Sequence record: NC_047815.1
Strand: one strand, 5' to 3'
Length of the DNA stretch: 64,000 bases
Part shown: positions 27,050-37,206 of the stretch, piece after piece
Layout: the number at the start of each line of letters is the position of its first letter
Numbering within the stretch: the first letter of the stretch is position 1
Translations under genes and position numbers: made by a program
Notes under the pieces: generated by a model
Told to the model about the DNA's origin: nothing
What the model saw: the letters and a program-made list of their open reading frames with translations, nothing else
Database searches by the model: none

Positions 27050-27849
27050 TTTTGTAAGTCCTGTCTGGTGACGGCAAAGTAACTAGATACTTGAAGCACA
27101 AAGTCTGCGCGAATAGGATTACCTGAAACGTCTTCAAACACGTTGTCAAAGTTAACACTAACACTGTCAACTACAGCAGGTTTCATTGTGAAGAAATTAC
27201 CAATATCAACAGTGAACGCTTCGGGATCATCAAACGATGCAGCAGTATCGCCGTTACTGTTTCCAGTAGCATTATTGTACTGCGTCTGCGCCTCGTTAGC
27301 TGCCTGTTTGACAGGTGATGGTCCAGGAGCAATCAACAAACCGCCTAGTGCTTCGGTAGGGGCACACAAGCTCAACAGTTTGACCAAGTTCTCAACGATC
27401 TCAGACTTTGTATCGGAGTACGCGTCCAAGAAGATTGGCAGGTCAAGCTGTAGATAGCTCGGCTGTGTCCACAGTTTAGCAGAAGCCACTTTAAACATCG
27501 AAGTAGCACCACCAAACTTAAGGGCTTTCTCAGCAGCACCGGCACTGTTACCAATGGCTTGAGCACCACGCTGTGCGGCATTGATATATCTGTTACTTGA
27601 TGTAGCGTTGACGCCACTAAGTCCCTGAGCCATTTGACCAAGAGACGTGTCACCGAACGGAGCATTCCAGTTAGACGCAAGACTAAACGAGAAGTCAGGC
27701 GGGATATAACCAGTGAACTGGATTGTTTTCGCAGTGTTATAGATACGGATTTTGTACATGTCATCAACGTGAATGAAGCTGTCCTTGCTGCCAGCAGCTG
27801 GGGCTTGAATCACGCTTTGACCTGTAGCAGGCATGAGATAGTTAGCCAC
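27010..27849 (-). CDS. Tail tube initiator / baseplate cap (gp48/gp54-like)
   Basis: Position between tape measure and LysM-like gene; AVVDSVSVNF...PIRADFVLQV tube-like C-terminus. Confidence 0.5.
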   Translation of the reverse strand: MANYLMPATGQSVIQAPAAGSKDSFIHVDDMYKIRIYNTAKTIQFTGYIPPDFSFSLASNWNAPFGDTSLGQMAQGLSGVNATSSNRYINAAQRGAQAIGNSAGAAEKALKFGGATSMFKVASAKLWTQPSYLQLDLPIFLDAYSDTKSEIVENLVKLLSLCAPTEALGGLLIAPGPSPVKQAANEAQTQYNNATGNSNGDTAASFDDPEAFTVDIGNFFTMKPAVVDSVSVNFDNVFEDVSGNPIRADFVLQVSSYFAVTRQDLQKWLKVSQTSISGA

Positions 27850-27858
27850 GGTCGCTCC

Positions 27859-30600
27859 TTACATATAGCCGACATTAATCATTTGCAGCGTTGGGTCATC
27901 AAGGAACACAGGAATGTCGTCCATAGTGTGCGTCTTGCCTCCACCGCTTGAGCCTTGAACTGCACGCGCTGTGGCCCGAGGCGGTTCAGAAGCAGCAACA
28001 GGTGCGGCGACTGGCGCCGGTGCTTGTCGTTCTGAGGCAGGTGTAACATCATCCACAGTAACAAGAGGCTGACGTTCAACTTCAGGTTCAGGCTTTTGTG
28101 TTGGTGTGATAGCTTTATCACGTTCCTGCAACAGCCGAGGCTCAAACGTATCACGACGAAATTTCTGGCGAGCAGCAGCAAGTTCTTCTGGACTAACACT
28201 GGCTTGTATAGCACTGCGCGGAGTTGCATCAAGAGCAGTTGCTCCCATTTCTCGCGCACGGGCATCAAGTGCTTTATCGCCTACCAACTCTGCTAGTCTG
28301 CGATCTTTATCAGCCTGCGAAGTTGGTGCAGACACAGTGCTGCCTTGTTGAGTAAAATCAGGCAAGTTTTTAAGATTAGCATCAACTTGTGTAGCGGTCG
28401 GGTCGACACTACCATCACCTTTACCCAAACCTGGAAACTTCTCAGCAACCTTGCGGTCCAGTTCAGAATCAGCAGGAGTGAGAGCTTTAGCAACAGCCTC
28501 TTTCCTTTGTTTGCCTTTCTCATCCTGATCGAGCTGGGTCAAGACCTTGCGTTCGTTTTCAGCACGGGCTGCGACACTTGCCTGCGTATCAGCACTGCTT
28601 GAACGGAAGTCTGTACCAACGTTGGCTGCTTTAGATTGCTGCACTGTGTTGATGATTTGCTCGTCGGTCATAGAACTTAGGTCAAGACCATTAAGAGCAC
28701 GCTTGATAGCGTTTGTATTCCCACCATACTGTACGGCAGTGGAGTAGACCATCTCCTGCACAGCTTTACCGCGCTTCGACACATCAAGACCTAAATCGTT
28801 TTGCAGTTTAGCAGCTTGAGGTGCATAGTGCGTGCGGGTAATATAATCATCCTGCGCTTTGGAAAACGCATCGCCCTGAGTTGAAGCAAGGTTCTTGTAC
28901 GCTTCATTGAATCCAGCAGTGCCAGGAGCTTGTCCACCAAACTGAGCTAAGAACGGTTGCCCTTCTTTCGAGTTCAAGAACTTCATCATGCTGCCGTTGT
29001 TTGTAGCAAGCTGGTGGGCACCGTAACTAACACCGCCGTAGTCACCACGACCACTAGACACAGTACCGACACCACGACCGCCAGATTCAAACTGAGCACT
29101 GACTGAACCAAGTCCACCAGCAGCAGCTTTGGATGCAAAGTCGGTGATTTGTTTGCTGTCGAACGCACGAGGAGCAGAAGCACGCTGAGGACCAGAGTAT
29201 GTACCGCCACCACCTGAATTGCCGCCGAACCAGCCGCTCATAAAGCTAGGCATTTGAAAGCCGCGACTTGATTCTTGAGGAGGTTGTGATCTCAAGTCTT
29301 CTTCACGTTTCTTATCAGCTTCATTTACAGCTTTATCCGCGCTGTCTTCTACCTTGTCCGATATAAGCTCACCAACTTTACTACCAAGCAAGTCACCCAA
29401 GATACCGCCAACTACGCTACCAAGTGCAGCACCAGCCGCAGTACCTGCGATAGGAACAACGCTGCCGAGAGCACCACCAACCCAAGCACCAGCAGTAGCC
29501 CCAATAGCAGCCCCGCCAGATGATGTAACATTCTTGGTTTGTTCCCGTTTCTTTTCAGCCTCTGTAAGGGTGTCATCATTTGCTATTTGCTCAGCATTAT
29601 ATCCTGCGCTCAACACAGACACAGCAGGTCCAATTAATGGTATACGTTTCGCACTGCCTACAGCAAGAGCGGCAGTTGAGCTGAGGTCAAACGCTGCATC
29701 TTTTTGTTCTTGCGTCATTCCACCAGCATCAGGAGCGGTCTGTGTGCGTGCTGTTTCTGGTGTGGTAGGAGTTGCTGCTACGTCATCACTGCCGTTAGCA
29801 AACTCTTCACCAGCTTCTTGTTTAGCTTCGCTGCCTGCATATAGTGCAGCACCAATACCGCCAACAGTAAGTGCAGCACCAAGCACACGTCCAAGACGAC
29901 TTGAACCAAAGCCATTACGTCTGTTGCGACGTCGGTTGTTGCGTCTACCACCACGGCCATAACGTCTGCCACGACGACGACCTCTACGATCATCTTCGAA
30001 GTCTGCATCTTCACCGCCAAGCAAGTCACTGAGGCCACCGCCTGTGTTGTTTGTGTTGTCTACAGGTGCAGGCAAGTTAACCGTAGGAGTTGGAGCAGCA
30101 TCATCAGTGCGCACAGAGTTAGCACGACGAAACGCTTCTGCTTTCTCCCAATCCAACCAGTCTTGCAGCACTTTAACTGTTTTAGCAGACATGCCAGCAA
30201 CATCATCCAGTCCTTCAACAATGCGGTCGCTGTTGGAATCGTTAGCAACAAACATGTTTTCAAGTGCTTGGTCAATGTCACGATTAGCAGGACGATCGAC
30301 GGTTGCACGAGCAGCAGGAACAGCTTGAGCGGCAGCTCGACGTTCACGCATTTCACGGTTCTTAGCGCGAGAGCCGGGACCAACATACAGCTCATAATCT
30401 TCATAATCGTGGTCAGTGCGAGTGTTGCCCTCAAGGAAACTCTGCATAGAACGCGCATCTGGCCTGTTGTTTCTTCTGCGTCTGCTTGTACGTGGAGCAC
30501 CGGCTACGTTACTAGCAAGTGTATCGGCGTGCTCCATCATCAGTTCAAGGGCAGACAACTGTTTTTCATCGATATCGGTATCGAAAAGACCAGCCATCAT
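27859..30600 (-). CDS. Tape-measure-like tail protein with glycine-zipper segments and a muramidase-like domain
   Basis: 913 aa; GAAIGA..GA.VGGALG zipper; FESGGRGVGTVSSGRGDYGGVSYGAHQL lysozyme-like motif. Confidence 0.65.
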   Translation of the reverse strand: MMAGLFDTDIDEKQLSALELMMEHADTLASNVAGAPRTSRRRRNNRPDARSMQSFLEGNTRTDHDYEDYELYVGPGSRAKNREMRERRAAAQAVPAARATVDRPANRDIDQALENMFVANDSNSDRIVEGLDDVAGMSAKTVKVLQDWLDWEKAEAFRRANSVRTDDAAPTPTVNLPAPVDNTNNTGGGLSDLLGGEDADFEDDRRGRRRGRRYGRGGRRNNRRRNRRNGFGSSRLGRVLGAALTVGGIGAALYAGSEAKQEAGEEFANGSDDVAATPTTPETARTQTAPDAGGMTQEQKDAAFDLSSTAALAVGSAKRIPLIGPAVSVLSAGYNAEQIANDDTLTEAEKKREQTKNVTSSGGAAIGATAGAWVGGALGSVVPIAGTAAGAALGSVVGGILGDLLGSKVGELISDKVEDSADKAVNEADKKREEDLRSQPPQESSRGFQMPSFMSGWFGGNSGGGGTYSGPQRASAPRAFDSKQITDFASKAAAGGLGSVSAQFESGGRGVGTVSSGRGDYGGVSYGAHQLATNNGSMMKFLNSKEGQPFLAQFGGQAPGTAGFNEAYKNLASTQGDAFSKAQDDYITRTHYAPQAAKLQNDLGLDVSKRGKAVQEMVYSTAVQYGGNTNAIKRALNGLDLSSMTDEQIINTVQQSKAANVGTDFRSSSADTQASVAARAENERKVLTQLDQDEKGKQRKEAVAKALTPADSELDRKVAEKFPGLGKGDGSVDPTATQVDANLKNLPDFTQQGSTVSAPTSQADKDRRLAELVGDKALDARAREMGATALDATPRSAIQASVSPEELAAARQKFRRDTFEPRLLQERDKAITPTQKPEPEVERQPLVTVDDVTPASERQAPAPVAAPVAASEPPRATARAVQGSSGGGKTHTMDDIPVFLDDPTLQMINVGYM

Positions 30601-31434
30601 TTACCGCCTAGGTTTCTGTTGTAGTCTCAGCAAGCGTTCTTCCTCAGCACGCTGTTTGTCCTTGATGAAGCAACTGTGCCAATACAACAGCTTGGCAATT
30701 GGAATATCATCTGGGATATATGCGCCTTTACTTGTTGTCAGGTCGAGTGCCATATTCATCATGGACGTGCTGCTGTGTACACGGAAGAAATTGAGCAGGT
30801 CTATTTGACTGCGTTGTTTGTATGTTCGGAAGCAGTTACCACACTTGAATTCTGTTTCAAGTTCACAACTGGCAAACACATGACGTTCCGCAAACATCAA
30901 CTCTTCTGGTGAGGTGTTATCAAGTGTTGCATCAAGAGACAGATCGCTGTCAATCCACATGGCTTTGAATGCAACGTCACCCTCTGTTTCGGCAAGTTCT
31001 ACAGCTTCAATCCAACGCTGTACCGTGGGATGACGTAGACCGTTAGGCAGCTTGCGCCACGGATTGCCTACGACACGAAACTTTGATACTTCTTCCGTGT
31101 TGAGACGATTGCACTTGACTACGTGATACTTGCGACCAACAGGCCGCTGGTAATAACGATTGTGAGTTGCGTCCACATAGAAGTCCGATTCGCATCGCCA
31201 CTCATACATACGGTGACTCACAATCCAACTATCCTTGTCGAACATTGCAAGCATGTATCGAAAGTCCTCAAGCAACATTTCGCGGACTTTGATGTTGGTA
31301 AAGTGCTGCAACGTGTCGGCAAGTAACTCAGGCAGTTTATATTTCTGCGCGTTGTACAGGCTATTCATGTGATTAGCTGTTATCTGATTGATACGCGCAT
31401 CTTTCCTACCTGAAGGAAGGTATATCTCAAGCAT
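30601..31434 (-). CDS. Baseplate hub assembly chaperone-like protein (gp26-like)
   Basis: Start at 31434 (ATGCTTGA overlap); YLPSG...LLEDFRY.L and CGNC motifs. Confidence 0.5.
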   Translation of the reverse strand: MLEIYLPSGRKDARINQITANHMNSLYNAQKYKLPELLADTLQHFTNIKVREMLLEDFRYMLAMFDKDSWIVSHRMYEWRCESDFYVDATHNRYYQRPVGRKYHVVKCNRLNTEEVSKFRVVGNPWRKLPNGLRHPTVQRWIEAVELAETEGDVAFKAMWIDSDLSLDATLDNTSPEELMFAERHVFASCELETEFKCGNCFRTYKQRSQIDLLNFFRVHSSTSMMNMALDLTTSKGAYIPDDIPIAKLLYWHSCFIKDKQRAEEERLLRLQQKPRR

Positions 31435-32128
31435 TGATAAACACCGATGGCTGGAAGTCCCAGCTACGCAGCGATTCACGAGCACAGTGACTACAGGTCA
31501 TGTTGAGTTCTGTAATGATACCATGACGTGATGCCTGCACCCAATCGCTCAGTCGCGTCCACAGCTCAAGGTCTTGCTGCTGTTCAAGACGAGCAAGGTT
31601 GGCGTCAAAGTTTGGTCCCATGTGAGCCACAAACCAATAGAACATCCCATCTTGTTCGTCTGTGGTGTGGTCATAGTTGCGCATACGAGGCAGGTCAAAC
31701 TCATCAGAGCTTGCATTCAATATCGCCATAGCACAACTGTCTTTGTCTACCACACTGACATTACTGTGTTCACACGGATAAATGTTGGTAGGAGTTGTAT
31801 CGCCCTGAAGTGCAAACATGACCTGCTGTCCGTATTCATATACAGGCTTTTTACACTGCCATGACAGCACAACAGGGCTTACTTCATTCATCAACATACG
31901 CTGATTGAAGATCAAACTGAATGCGTCTGGAATAGTTAAGGCGTCGATTGGTATCGATAAGCAATCAGGCAAGACCCTTTGCAGCACGTCCGACCAGTCT
32001 TTGTCTTTTGCAGCACGCGCTAGCTGGCGTGTGTGTCTGCCACTGAATTTTTCCATCTGAAACGATTCAGGCAGTCCTGACTTCCATCCGCGTGAAGGAA
32101 GATTGCGAGTTTGAATATCAATAGCCAT
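31427..32128 (-). CDS. Baseplate hub assembly chaperone-like protein (gp26-like paralog)
   Basis: Start at 32128 (GAGG RBS); LPSRG...LTIPDAFSLIFNQR and CSHC motifs. Confidence 0.5.
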   Translation of the reverse strand: MAIDIQTRNLPSRGWKSGLPESFQMEKFSGRHTRQLARAAKDKDWSDVLQRVLPDCLSIPIDALTIPDAFSLIFNQRMLMNEVSPVVLSWQCKKPVYEYGQQVMFALQGDTTPTNIYPCEHSNVSVVDKDSCAMAILNASSDEFDLPRMRNYDHTTDEQDGMFYWFVAHMGPNFDANLARLEQQQDLELWTRLSDWVQASRHGIITELNMTCSHCARESLRSWDFQPSVFINA

Positions 32129-32135
32129 AAGTTCC

Positions 32136-32651
32136 TCAACTAAAAATAGGTCGTGCAACATCGCACTCAAATTGAATCGAAATCATACCACGACCGCCTG
32201 TGCCATTCAGTGTAAGCTCCTGCATACCTAAAGGCCACACGCTGCGTAGTTCATGCACCATTACCTGTGTGCCTTGCGTATTAAACAAGGCGACTTGCAG
32301 ATTCTTTTTGTACTGTGATGGCAATCGAAAGCCACCAGTGTACGGGTTCTGAATAAGATTCTGCCACGCTGTGTAATACTTGATAACAGCCAGCTTTTCA
32401 TCAAGACTAAACTGTGCAGTAAAGCCTTCTACCGACGTAGCACTGGGCCAACTCGTGCTGGTAGTTGCTACTTCTTTTGATTTCTGCTGGAACACAGGAA
32501 AAGGCAGGCCAACTTCTTCACACGCTAGTGGGCTAAGAGACACACCGCCAATCTGAGGTAAGGTCAAGAAGCGCCATTTGTCTAGCATGAATGGATCTGC
32601 AAGCCCAGGCTGCGAGGAATCTTGCAGTTCGTCGATAGTTACAGCAGGCAT
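32136..32651 (-). CDS. Tail tube-like protein (paralog of the main tube gene)
   Basis: VTIDEL..LADP...W.NLIQNP...VWP aligns with the 172-aa tube protein. Confidence 0.7.
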   Translation of the reverse strand: MPAVTIDELQDSSQPGLADPFMLDKWRFLTLPQIGGVSLSPLACEEVGLPFPVFQQKSKEVATTSTSWPSATSVEGFTAQFSLDEKLAVIKYYTAWQNLIQNPYTGGFRLPSQYKKNLQVALFNTQGTQVMVHELRSVWPLGMQELTLNGTGGRGMISIQFECDVARPIFS

Positions 32652-32653
32652 AG

Positions 32654-33331
32654 TTACTCCTCAACAATGATAAGCATTGGATGCACTGTGCCGTCATTGA
32701 ACTTGAGGAACGTTGCACCAACTACATATCCCCATGACCGTATCTTAGCGATAACATGGTCTTCTATGTCACGTTCCCACTTAGCACGCTGCGTTGACTT
32801 GTATGAGGCGAAGGTGGAGGTTGCTTCATAGTAGTTGTACAGCTCACCGCTAGGCAGTGGAACACGCGCCATATACTGAATACCACTAGCACCATCAACA
32901 GACAACGTTTGCAGTGCTTGCGTTAGCTTTTTGTTCTCAGGCTTAGAGCCAGGAACAGCGTGCCATACTTTCTGTTTGCCTTTCTGCGATACATCAGTCG
33001 GAGTCTTTGATTGCTCACGAGTACCTTTAGGTTTGGATGATACTCGGGTACCTTTAACTGTGCCTGTGAAAGGACGGCTGCGACCTAACAAGCTGCGTGC
33101 TTGTTTGGCATCAATCTCAAAGCTGGTGGAAGGGTCTTCCTTGTGAAGCAGCGCATAGCTATTCTTGCCTGTGTTGACAATGCCATACACATCATTGTAT
33201 TCAACATCCGCCTCGAACTCATCGTTCTCTACGGAGACTGCACGTTTACCTTCAAAGCGGTACCAGTCGCATTCTTCGATAGTCACGGCGCGTTTCGGCT
33301 TTCTGGCACTGGCGCTGATAAAGAGCAGCAT
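32654..33331 (-). CDS. Hypothetical (probable virion) protein, 225 aa
   Basis: Carries the shared ~65-aa module. Confidence 0.7.
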   Translation of the reverse strand: MLLFISASARKPKRAVTIEECDWYRFEGKRAVSVENDEFEADVEYNDVYGIVNTGKNSYALLHKEDPSTSFEIDAKQARSLLGRSRPFTGTVKGTRVSSKPKGTREQSKTPTDVSQKGKQKVWHAVPGSKPENKKLTQALQTLSVDGASGIQYMARVPLPSGELYNYYEATSTFASYKSTQRAKWERDIEDHVIAKIRSWGYVVGATFLKFNDGTVHPMLIIVEE

Positions 33332-33350
33332 AAAAAATCTCCCAGAAACG

Positions 33351-33372
33351 AAAATGGGGCACGAGGCCCCAT
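33351..33372 (-). terminator. Intrinsic terminator after the tail tube gene
   Basis: ATGGGGC-CTCGT-GCCCCAT-TTT on the minus strand. Confidence 0.8.
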
Positions 33373-33376
33373 ACGA

Positions 33377-33895
33377 TTAAACGGTTCTCAGCGCGTAGTC
33401 GAAGGACCATTCGATTGACACTGGTACTGACTGTGCCGCACCACTGAACTGCAAGTCTGGTACCTGCTTCGGCCATACACCGTAGATTTCATACTCAGCA
33501 ACAACATCGCCCGCCTGATTAAAGATACGGAAGATAGCTTTCACTGCGTAGTCAGCTTTCACAGCACCGAGCTGGGTCTGCGTTGCACGAATAGCGTCGT
33601 GCCACAGCTCCAGTGGTTTGTAGATAGCCATCTCGGCGTTTTCGTTGTACTCAGTAGACAAGGAGTGAGAGAAGATCTTGCGACCAGCATAGTTAAGCTG
33701 ATGGCCGAACGCCTCTTTCAATACTTCTTCTACTGTTGAACCAGGCTTGACACCAGTTTTACACATGATGCGCAGCGCACGAGCGTATTCTGATCCACCA
33801 GTCGCAGCAGGCGGGTTGGGAATCAGAAACTCGAAGTTATCATCTAACAGCGGATCAGCCGTTGATGAGAATTCATCAAGAGTTACCTTAGGCAT
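33377..33895 (-). CDS. Tail tube protein (gp19-like)
   Basis: 172 aa, directly after the sheath; YEIYGVWPKQV..L.FS...SIEWSFDY. Confidence 0.85.
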   Translation of the reverse strand: MPKVTLDEFSSTADPLLDDNFEFLIPNPPAATGGSEYARALRIMCKTGVKPGSTVEEVLKEAFGHQLNYAGRKIFSHSLSTEYNENAEMAIYKPLELWHDAIRATQTQLGAVKADYAVKAIFRIFNQAGDVVAEYEIYGVWPKQVPDLQFSGAAQSVPVSIEWSFDYALRTV

Positions 33896-33906
33896 TTAAT
33901 TGCTCC

Positions 33907-35598
33907 TTACAGACTGCCTTTGCTGATGAGGTCAAGCGCGTACTGAATGTCACCAACAGGCGGAACAATAGCAGTAACGTGAATACGCTTGGTATAACGC
34001 GTCGGGTCAAGGAACACATCGATGATTAGATCACCGCGTGCTTCATCCTCAGCCGTGTTGTTTGTGTAGTCACACACAACAGCATACCAGTCAAGACCAC
34101 GACCAGTTTTAATCGGCTCAAGAATAGATTCCATGCCCGCTTTCTGATTCTGTTTGAGAACGTCATCGTTCGGTTCAAACACAGCACGCAGGTTGTTAGC
34201 ACGAACAGAGGCATGAAGCATTGCCAGCAGACGACGAACACCGATATCATTGAGTGGGCTTTTGGTAGTCATTGTGGTGTCTGCACCCCACATGTAAATA
34301 CCTTCACCTTCAAATACAGCAATCGGGTTAATCTGATTCTCTGCAAGAACGTCACGATCATTCTGCTTGAAGCGATAACGCACGTCAGTAGCCCAATCCA
34401 ACTGACCGCGATTCAAGCCGCCTGGTGCAAGCCACTGAGCAATCTGATCAGTGTTCAGCATACAGTAGGCCATACAGATAGAAGCAGGAACATAAATGTC
34501 ACGGCTGTTATCTGTATCACGGTACAAGGCGTCGCTGTTTGACAAGCAAGACCACGAGCCTGTGATTGAGAACTCTGTGCCCATGTAGGCTTTGTTACCA
34601 CGACGATAAGCAACGGCATTATCACGCTGTTGCAGCAGCACAGGAATACCATGAACAGCAATTGAATCTTGACGACTTGCTGCTAAGGTATCCAGCTTGT
34701 TTGCAACAACAGGATGCTCAAGGCCACCACTGCACAGAATGCCTGCCTGAATGTCTTCCCAGTCTGCATAGTTATCCCATGCAGTCAACACAGCACTCAG
34801 ACTAGCATTAGCAATCAATGCATCCGAGTGATCAATGTCGATTGTGTTGCCATCACTGCCGCCAGTAAACTGACCGTTGATAGCAGTAGGGTTGAGTACA
34901 TCAAGCGGGCCACCAGCAATCGCGTTCAGCACAACGAAGTCTGGATCATCAACCAGCTTGTAGTTAGCAGTATTCAGCTTGACGCGAATATAGCTTGAAG
35001 CATTGTTGATAACGTCTTCGATGTAGAACTGGTTGCCTGAACCATCTTTGTAATATTTGGTTGTGACCGTGTGCTTCTCAACAGGCGTTAAGCTGCCAGT
35101 CAGATACACTTTGATGATTGCCTTGATGCCTAACACGTCATTAACGTCAGGTTCAACGGTAATATAAATGTCGTTAGCACCACTGTAGCCGCTTACTGAA
35201 TACAGCAAACAAATGTCGCGGTCAGTAAACGCAATCTGCTCGGGATCAGTTAAGCCTGCATCACCAAGAGGACGGCAAGTGGTAAAGTTATTATACGTGG
35301 TGAGATACACGCCAGCGTACTTGACGTTGAGACCAACACGCGTGATGTTTAGGCGAGTGGCCTTTCGCATCAGCAATTTGGCGTACTGCACGTTTCGAGC
35401 GTATGGGCTAGAACTTGTTGCAGGTCCAAATTTTAAGTCGATCTCATCGACAGAAGTAACAGTCGTGTTCACACCAACTTCACCCTTAGGGAACGGCAGC
35501 ACCAAGCAGCAATAGCCGTTAGTAACTAACGTCTGCTGGTTGGAACGGTCATTCTCCAAAGAGTATACCCCAGGAGAGGGGTGATTTGGTACGAGCAT
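33907..35598 (-). CDS. Contractile tail sheath protein (gp18-like)
   Basis: SPGVYSLEND start; WLAPGGLNRG, NQINPI, VRRLL, VVCDYTNNT...RG C-terminal sheath motifs. Confidence 0.93.
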   Translation of the reverse strand: MLVPNHPSPGVYSLENDRSNQQTLVTNGYCCLVLPFPKGEVGVNTTVTSVDEIDLKFGPATSSSPYARNVQYAKLLMRKATRLNITRVGLNVKYAGVYLTTYNNFTTCRPLGDAGLTDPEQIAFTDRDICLLYSVSGYSGANDIYITVEPDVNDVLGIKAIIKVYLTGSLTPVEKHTVTTKYYKDGSGNQFYIEDVINNASSYIRVKLNTANYKLVDDPDFVVLNAIAGGPLDVLNPTAINGQFTGGSDGNTIDIDHSDALIANASLSAVLTAWDNYADWEDIQAGILCSGGLEHPVVANKLDTLAASRQDSIAVHGIPVLLQQRDNAVAYRRGNKAYMGTEFSITGSWSCLSNSDALYRDTDNSRDIYVPASICMAYCMLNTDQIAQWLAPGGLNRGQLDWATDVRYRFKQNDRDVLAENQINPIAVFEGEGIYMWGADTTMTTKSPLNDIGVRRLLAMLHASVRANNLRAVFEPNDDVLKQNQKAGMESILEPIKTGRGLDWYAVVCDYTNNTAEDEARGDLIIDVFLDPTRYTKRIHVTAIVPPVGDIQYALDLISKGSL

Positions 35599-35640
35599 AT
35601 TACGTCTCCATGAGAATGTGCAGCGTATTGTAACTGTTTT

Positions 35641-35649
35641 AAATTAGCG
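35641..35649 (-). promoter_or_regulatory. CGCTAATTT candidate late-promoter element (sheath)
   Basis: 43 nt upstream of the sheath start. Confidence 0.55.
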
Positions 35650-35661
35650 TAACCGGCTAGG

Positions 35662-36006
35662 TTAGTATTGGATTACGTTGACTGTTTGCAATTCATCGCT
35701 GACCAACACACATGCAGGGTGTTTACCAGTAACAATATACTGACCTTCAATAGTGATGCTGGCATTTCCCAACTGCAGGATGATAGGTTCTGCCGTATCG
35801 ATATACAGCAAGCCTTTCGATTCAGGCAATTCAACGCCTGTAGGACCTACTGAAAACTGACGCTGTACATAGTTACCGTCAGCAGGAATGCCTACTGCGG
35901 TGTTGTTACTGACTGCGATACCGTTTTGATGTGCTGTAACAAGACGCACACGGGCATCGACAACAAGTGTACGGCTCAGCGTACGGTACTTCTCACGCGT
36001 GTACAT
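35662..36006 (-). CDS. Hypothetical virion protein, 114 aa
   Basis: Coupled ORF between the tail-completion-like gene and the sheath. Confidence 0.6.
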   Translation of the reverse strand: MYTREKYRTLSRTLVVDARVRLVTAHQNGIAVSNNTAVGIPADGNYVQRQFSVGPTGVELPESKGLLYIDTAEPIILQLGNASITIEGQYIVTGKHPACVLVSDELQTVNVIQY

Positions 36007-36689
36007 TACGCCTGCTCCTCAGCTGGTGGAACGATAACGGAATTAACTGTGTAGTCATCAATATCAAGCTTGGTGTTAACAGTTACTTCACCGTAGTTGT
36101 TGATTTTCGCCTCTTCACGATTAAAGCCTATCTTAGTCTGAACAGTGAGAGGGATTGTGATTTCAAAGCTGCCTGGAGTTGAACCTTCATCAAGGTCTTC
36201 AATGAAAGGAAGTGGAATGGATTCACCGTCAAGCAACACACGCACCGTGAACTTAGTTGATGGCATCTGAATCTCAAATGACATAAGCTCAACAATGCTG
36301 GCTATCAAGAACTGTTGCACAAACGCAAGAGCCTCATCAATGCTCATGAACTTAACGGTGGCTTCTGCACTCAGTGTCACAGGAAAGTAATAGTTGTTGA
36401 CAACAACAGCATTCGAAGGGTCAGGAGTTAGCGCCCAGCCTGTACCAAAGCGTCCAGCAGACTTAGGGTTCTGCATCAGCTCACGGTTGAATGCGAGATT
36501 GTTTAACTTTACCCAGCCATATGGATAATCGGTAGACTGTGCATTAAGAGCGCGTATACCTTGTTTTGGGTTGTTGTGCACCATCCACACAAAGCGCGTT
36601 AAGCCATAACCATTACGGAACTGTTGCTGTATTCCATGTATGGTAGCTTTCAGGCTAGTGCTGTTGCGCATCAGTTGGTCGATAGCCAT
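36006..36689 (-). CDS. Tail completion / neck protein (gp15-like, tentative)
   Basis: 227 aa; position between head and sheath genes. Confidence 0.4.
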   Translation of the reverse strand: MAIDQLMRNSTSLKATIHGIQQQFRNGYGLTRFVWMVHNNPKQGIRALNAQSTDYPYGWVKLNNLAFNRELMQNPKSAGRFGTGWALTPDPSNAVVVNNYYFPVTLSAEATVKFMSIDEALAFVQQFLIASIVELMSFEIQMPSTKFTVRVLLDGESIPLPFIEDLDEGSTPGSFEITIPLTVQTKIGFNREEAKINNYGEVTVNTKLDIDDYTVNSVIVPPAEEQA

Positions 36690-36707
36690 CAGGCAGCTCC
36701 AGATACG

Positions 36708-36734
36708 AAAAAGGGGCCCCGTTAAGGACCCCTT
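36708..36734 (-). terminator. Intrinsic terminator
   Basis: AAGGGGTCC-TTAACG-GGGCCCCTT-TTT on the minus strand. Confidence 0.75.
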
Positions 36735-36758
36735 AGGTTTCTTTCCCGCAAACGGGTC

Positions 36759-37157
36759 TTAGTTGAATCGCAACTTGATTAGACTAGAAGACTGTGCAAC
36801 TACAGGAGCTGGGTTATCTTCTTCGTCAACAAGCGTCAGGTCGATTTCAGTGTCGTCATCAAAACTAACAGACAGCGACTCGTCATCACCATACATAGCT
36901 TGTTGCGTTTCTTCCTCAGCGTTAATCTCCAACGCACTCGACAGAGCAGCAACGGAGTCAGCCAAAGAAGGTTTCGCTTCACTTACAGAGTTAACGATAG
37001 CCGAAGCTACGTAGTTGTCTGCAAGGGTTTCCTCAAGAAACAATTCACTGTCAGGAGCAGCAGCAGATTGCGAAAGCAAACGCGCTGCATCCTTCATGTT
37101 TCCGTCACGCACAGCAAGAAGCGCCAGAGCAGCTAAGGAACCGGATAAAGATTTCAT
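36759..37157 (-). CDS. Hypothetical head-associated acidic protein, 132 aa
   Basis: GAGG RBS; follows the capsid gene; several S-x-S motifs. Confidence 0.7.
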   Translation of the reverse strand: MKSLSGSLAALALLAVRDGNMKDAARLLSQSAAAPDSELFLEETLADNYVASAIVNSVSEAKPSLADSVAALSSALEINAEEETQQAMYGDDESLSVSFDDDTEIDLTLVDEEDNPAPVVAQSSSLIKLRFN

Positions 37158-37174
37158 GTTTGTTCCTCAGTGAA

Positions 37175-37196
37175 GAGGGCAGCTTGCGCCACCCTC
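37175..37196 (-). terminator. GNRA hairpin after the major capsid gene (short U tract: stabiliser or leaky terminator)
   Basis: GAGGGTGGC-GCAA-GCTGCCCTC with G.U pairs on the minus strand. Confidence 0.55.
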
Positions 37197-37206
37197 ATGT
37201 CTGGAC

